A DNA stretch of 49,534 bases, taken from Ruminococcus bicirculans (ex Wegman et al. 2014). Its GTDB lineage: Bacteria > Bacteroidota > Bacteroidia > Bacteroidales > UBA932. Position 1 is the first letter of the stretch; each line of letters starts with the position of its first letter. The translations under genes and the position numbers were made by a program. This document shows, one piece after another, positions 49,086 to 49,534 of this stretch. The stretch spans positions 1 through 49,534 of the forward strand of contig CAVGPE010000052.1 of NCBI GenBank assembly GCA_963631065.1, given 5' to 3'. Under the pieces are notes generated by a model. It was not told where the DNA came from and made no database searches. It saw only the letters and a list, made by a program, of their open reading frames with translations.

Positions 49086-49394
49086 TCAGTCTTCCCCGTC
49101 GACGACGAAGTCGCAGGCGACGCGCGATTCGCGGACTTTGCCGCAATATGACGATATCGCGATGTGTGCGGGATGGTTTTTGTACCGATCAAGAGCCTCC
49201 AGTGACTCGAAAGTCGCGATGAGGCAGGCATCGTAGTTGCCGTCCTTTATGTTGATTCCCACCTCGCAGGAGAGCAGTTCAGGTACCACCCCCGTCAGCG
49301 ACTCAAGATTCGTCTTCATCCACCGGGCATTTTCTCCGGCGCTCTTCCCCTCGGCCTGAGGCAGAAGTTTCCACATTACCACGTGCTTAATCAT
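49086..49394 (-). CDS. Dabb (stress-responsive A/B barrel) family protein
   Basis: MIKHVVMWKL, FESLEALDRYKNHPAH, CDF. A TATCTTTGC box lies just upstream. Confidence 0.88.
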   Translation of the reverse strand: MIKHVVMWKLLPQAEGKSAGENARWMKTNLESLTGVVPELLSCEVGINIKDGNYDACLIATFESLEALDRYKNHPAHIAISSYCGKVRESRVACDFVVDGED

Positions 49395-49400
49395 AACGGG

Positions 49401-49450
49401 GGCAAAGATACAAGAAATACCATTAAATCTTACCTTCGCGCTATGGTGAA
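49401..49450. repeat. 50-bp inverted repeat arm A2 (Dabb promoter plus remnant of the folP start)
   Basis: Reverse complement is 45/50 identical to 40085-40134. Weaker folP-like similarity continues to about 49481 (TCTGACAC). Confidence 0.88.
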
Positions 49451-49534
49451 GGAAGATAATGTGGACACGGAAGTCTGACACTTCCATAGGCTGGAAATCT
49501 TCATAAATATTCCGTAACCGCTGAAAATTAATAA

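Noticed and set aside
49512..49534. CCGTAACCGCTGAAAATTAATAA, loosely similar to AT-rich tyrosine-recombinase-type site motifs (also near 140-155)
   Set aside because: Truncated by the window edge and too degenerate to support.

Overview
GC-rich chromosomal segment of a Bacteroidales bacterium. The evidence is repeated TAnnTTTG/TAnnTTCG -7 promoter boxes and a Bacteroidetes-type gene set. A Rikenellaceae/RC9-Cryptobacteroides-like lineage is my inference only. Most of the window is housekeeping: tRNA-Glu-rpsT-tRNA-Pro, dxr-rseP, ruvX-def-PMM, a TolC/HlyD/2x ABC-permease efflux cluster with AraC, polA-ECF sigma-rsmG-rpmH, glpK, tadA-tRNA-Gln, rimP-nusA-infB, lpxD-lpxC-lpxA-wbqC, proS, tilS, folP, sppA, hisS and tmk. 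Accessory material sits at both ends. At the left end is an ATPase-nuclease gene with a double-palindrome leader next to tRNA-Pro. At the right end is a defence-like cluster: an Rpn/PD-(D/E)XK nuclease, an EcoRI-family adenine MTase, a spare MTase C-terminal module and a DUF262-HNH nuclease. The most unusual structure is a nested set of repeats across 40.1-49.5 kb. A 220-bp perfect inverted copy of the Rpn C-terminus (the intragenic antitoxin region in characterised Rpn proteins) ends exactly at the stop codon. It is fused to a promoter-containing motif that also occurs inside the Rpn gene and upstream of the Dabb gene. The folP/Dabb divergent promoter is itself duplicated as a 50-bp inverted repeat bracketing about 9.3 kb. 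Also notable: an (AG)5 tract that could fuse the MTase to its spare module, a structured insertion with 10-bp flanking direct repeats between rimP and nusA that is partly repeated upstream of sppA, a leader terminator before rimP-nusA, a short RimP and an LpxC without FabZ.
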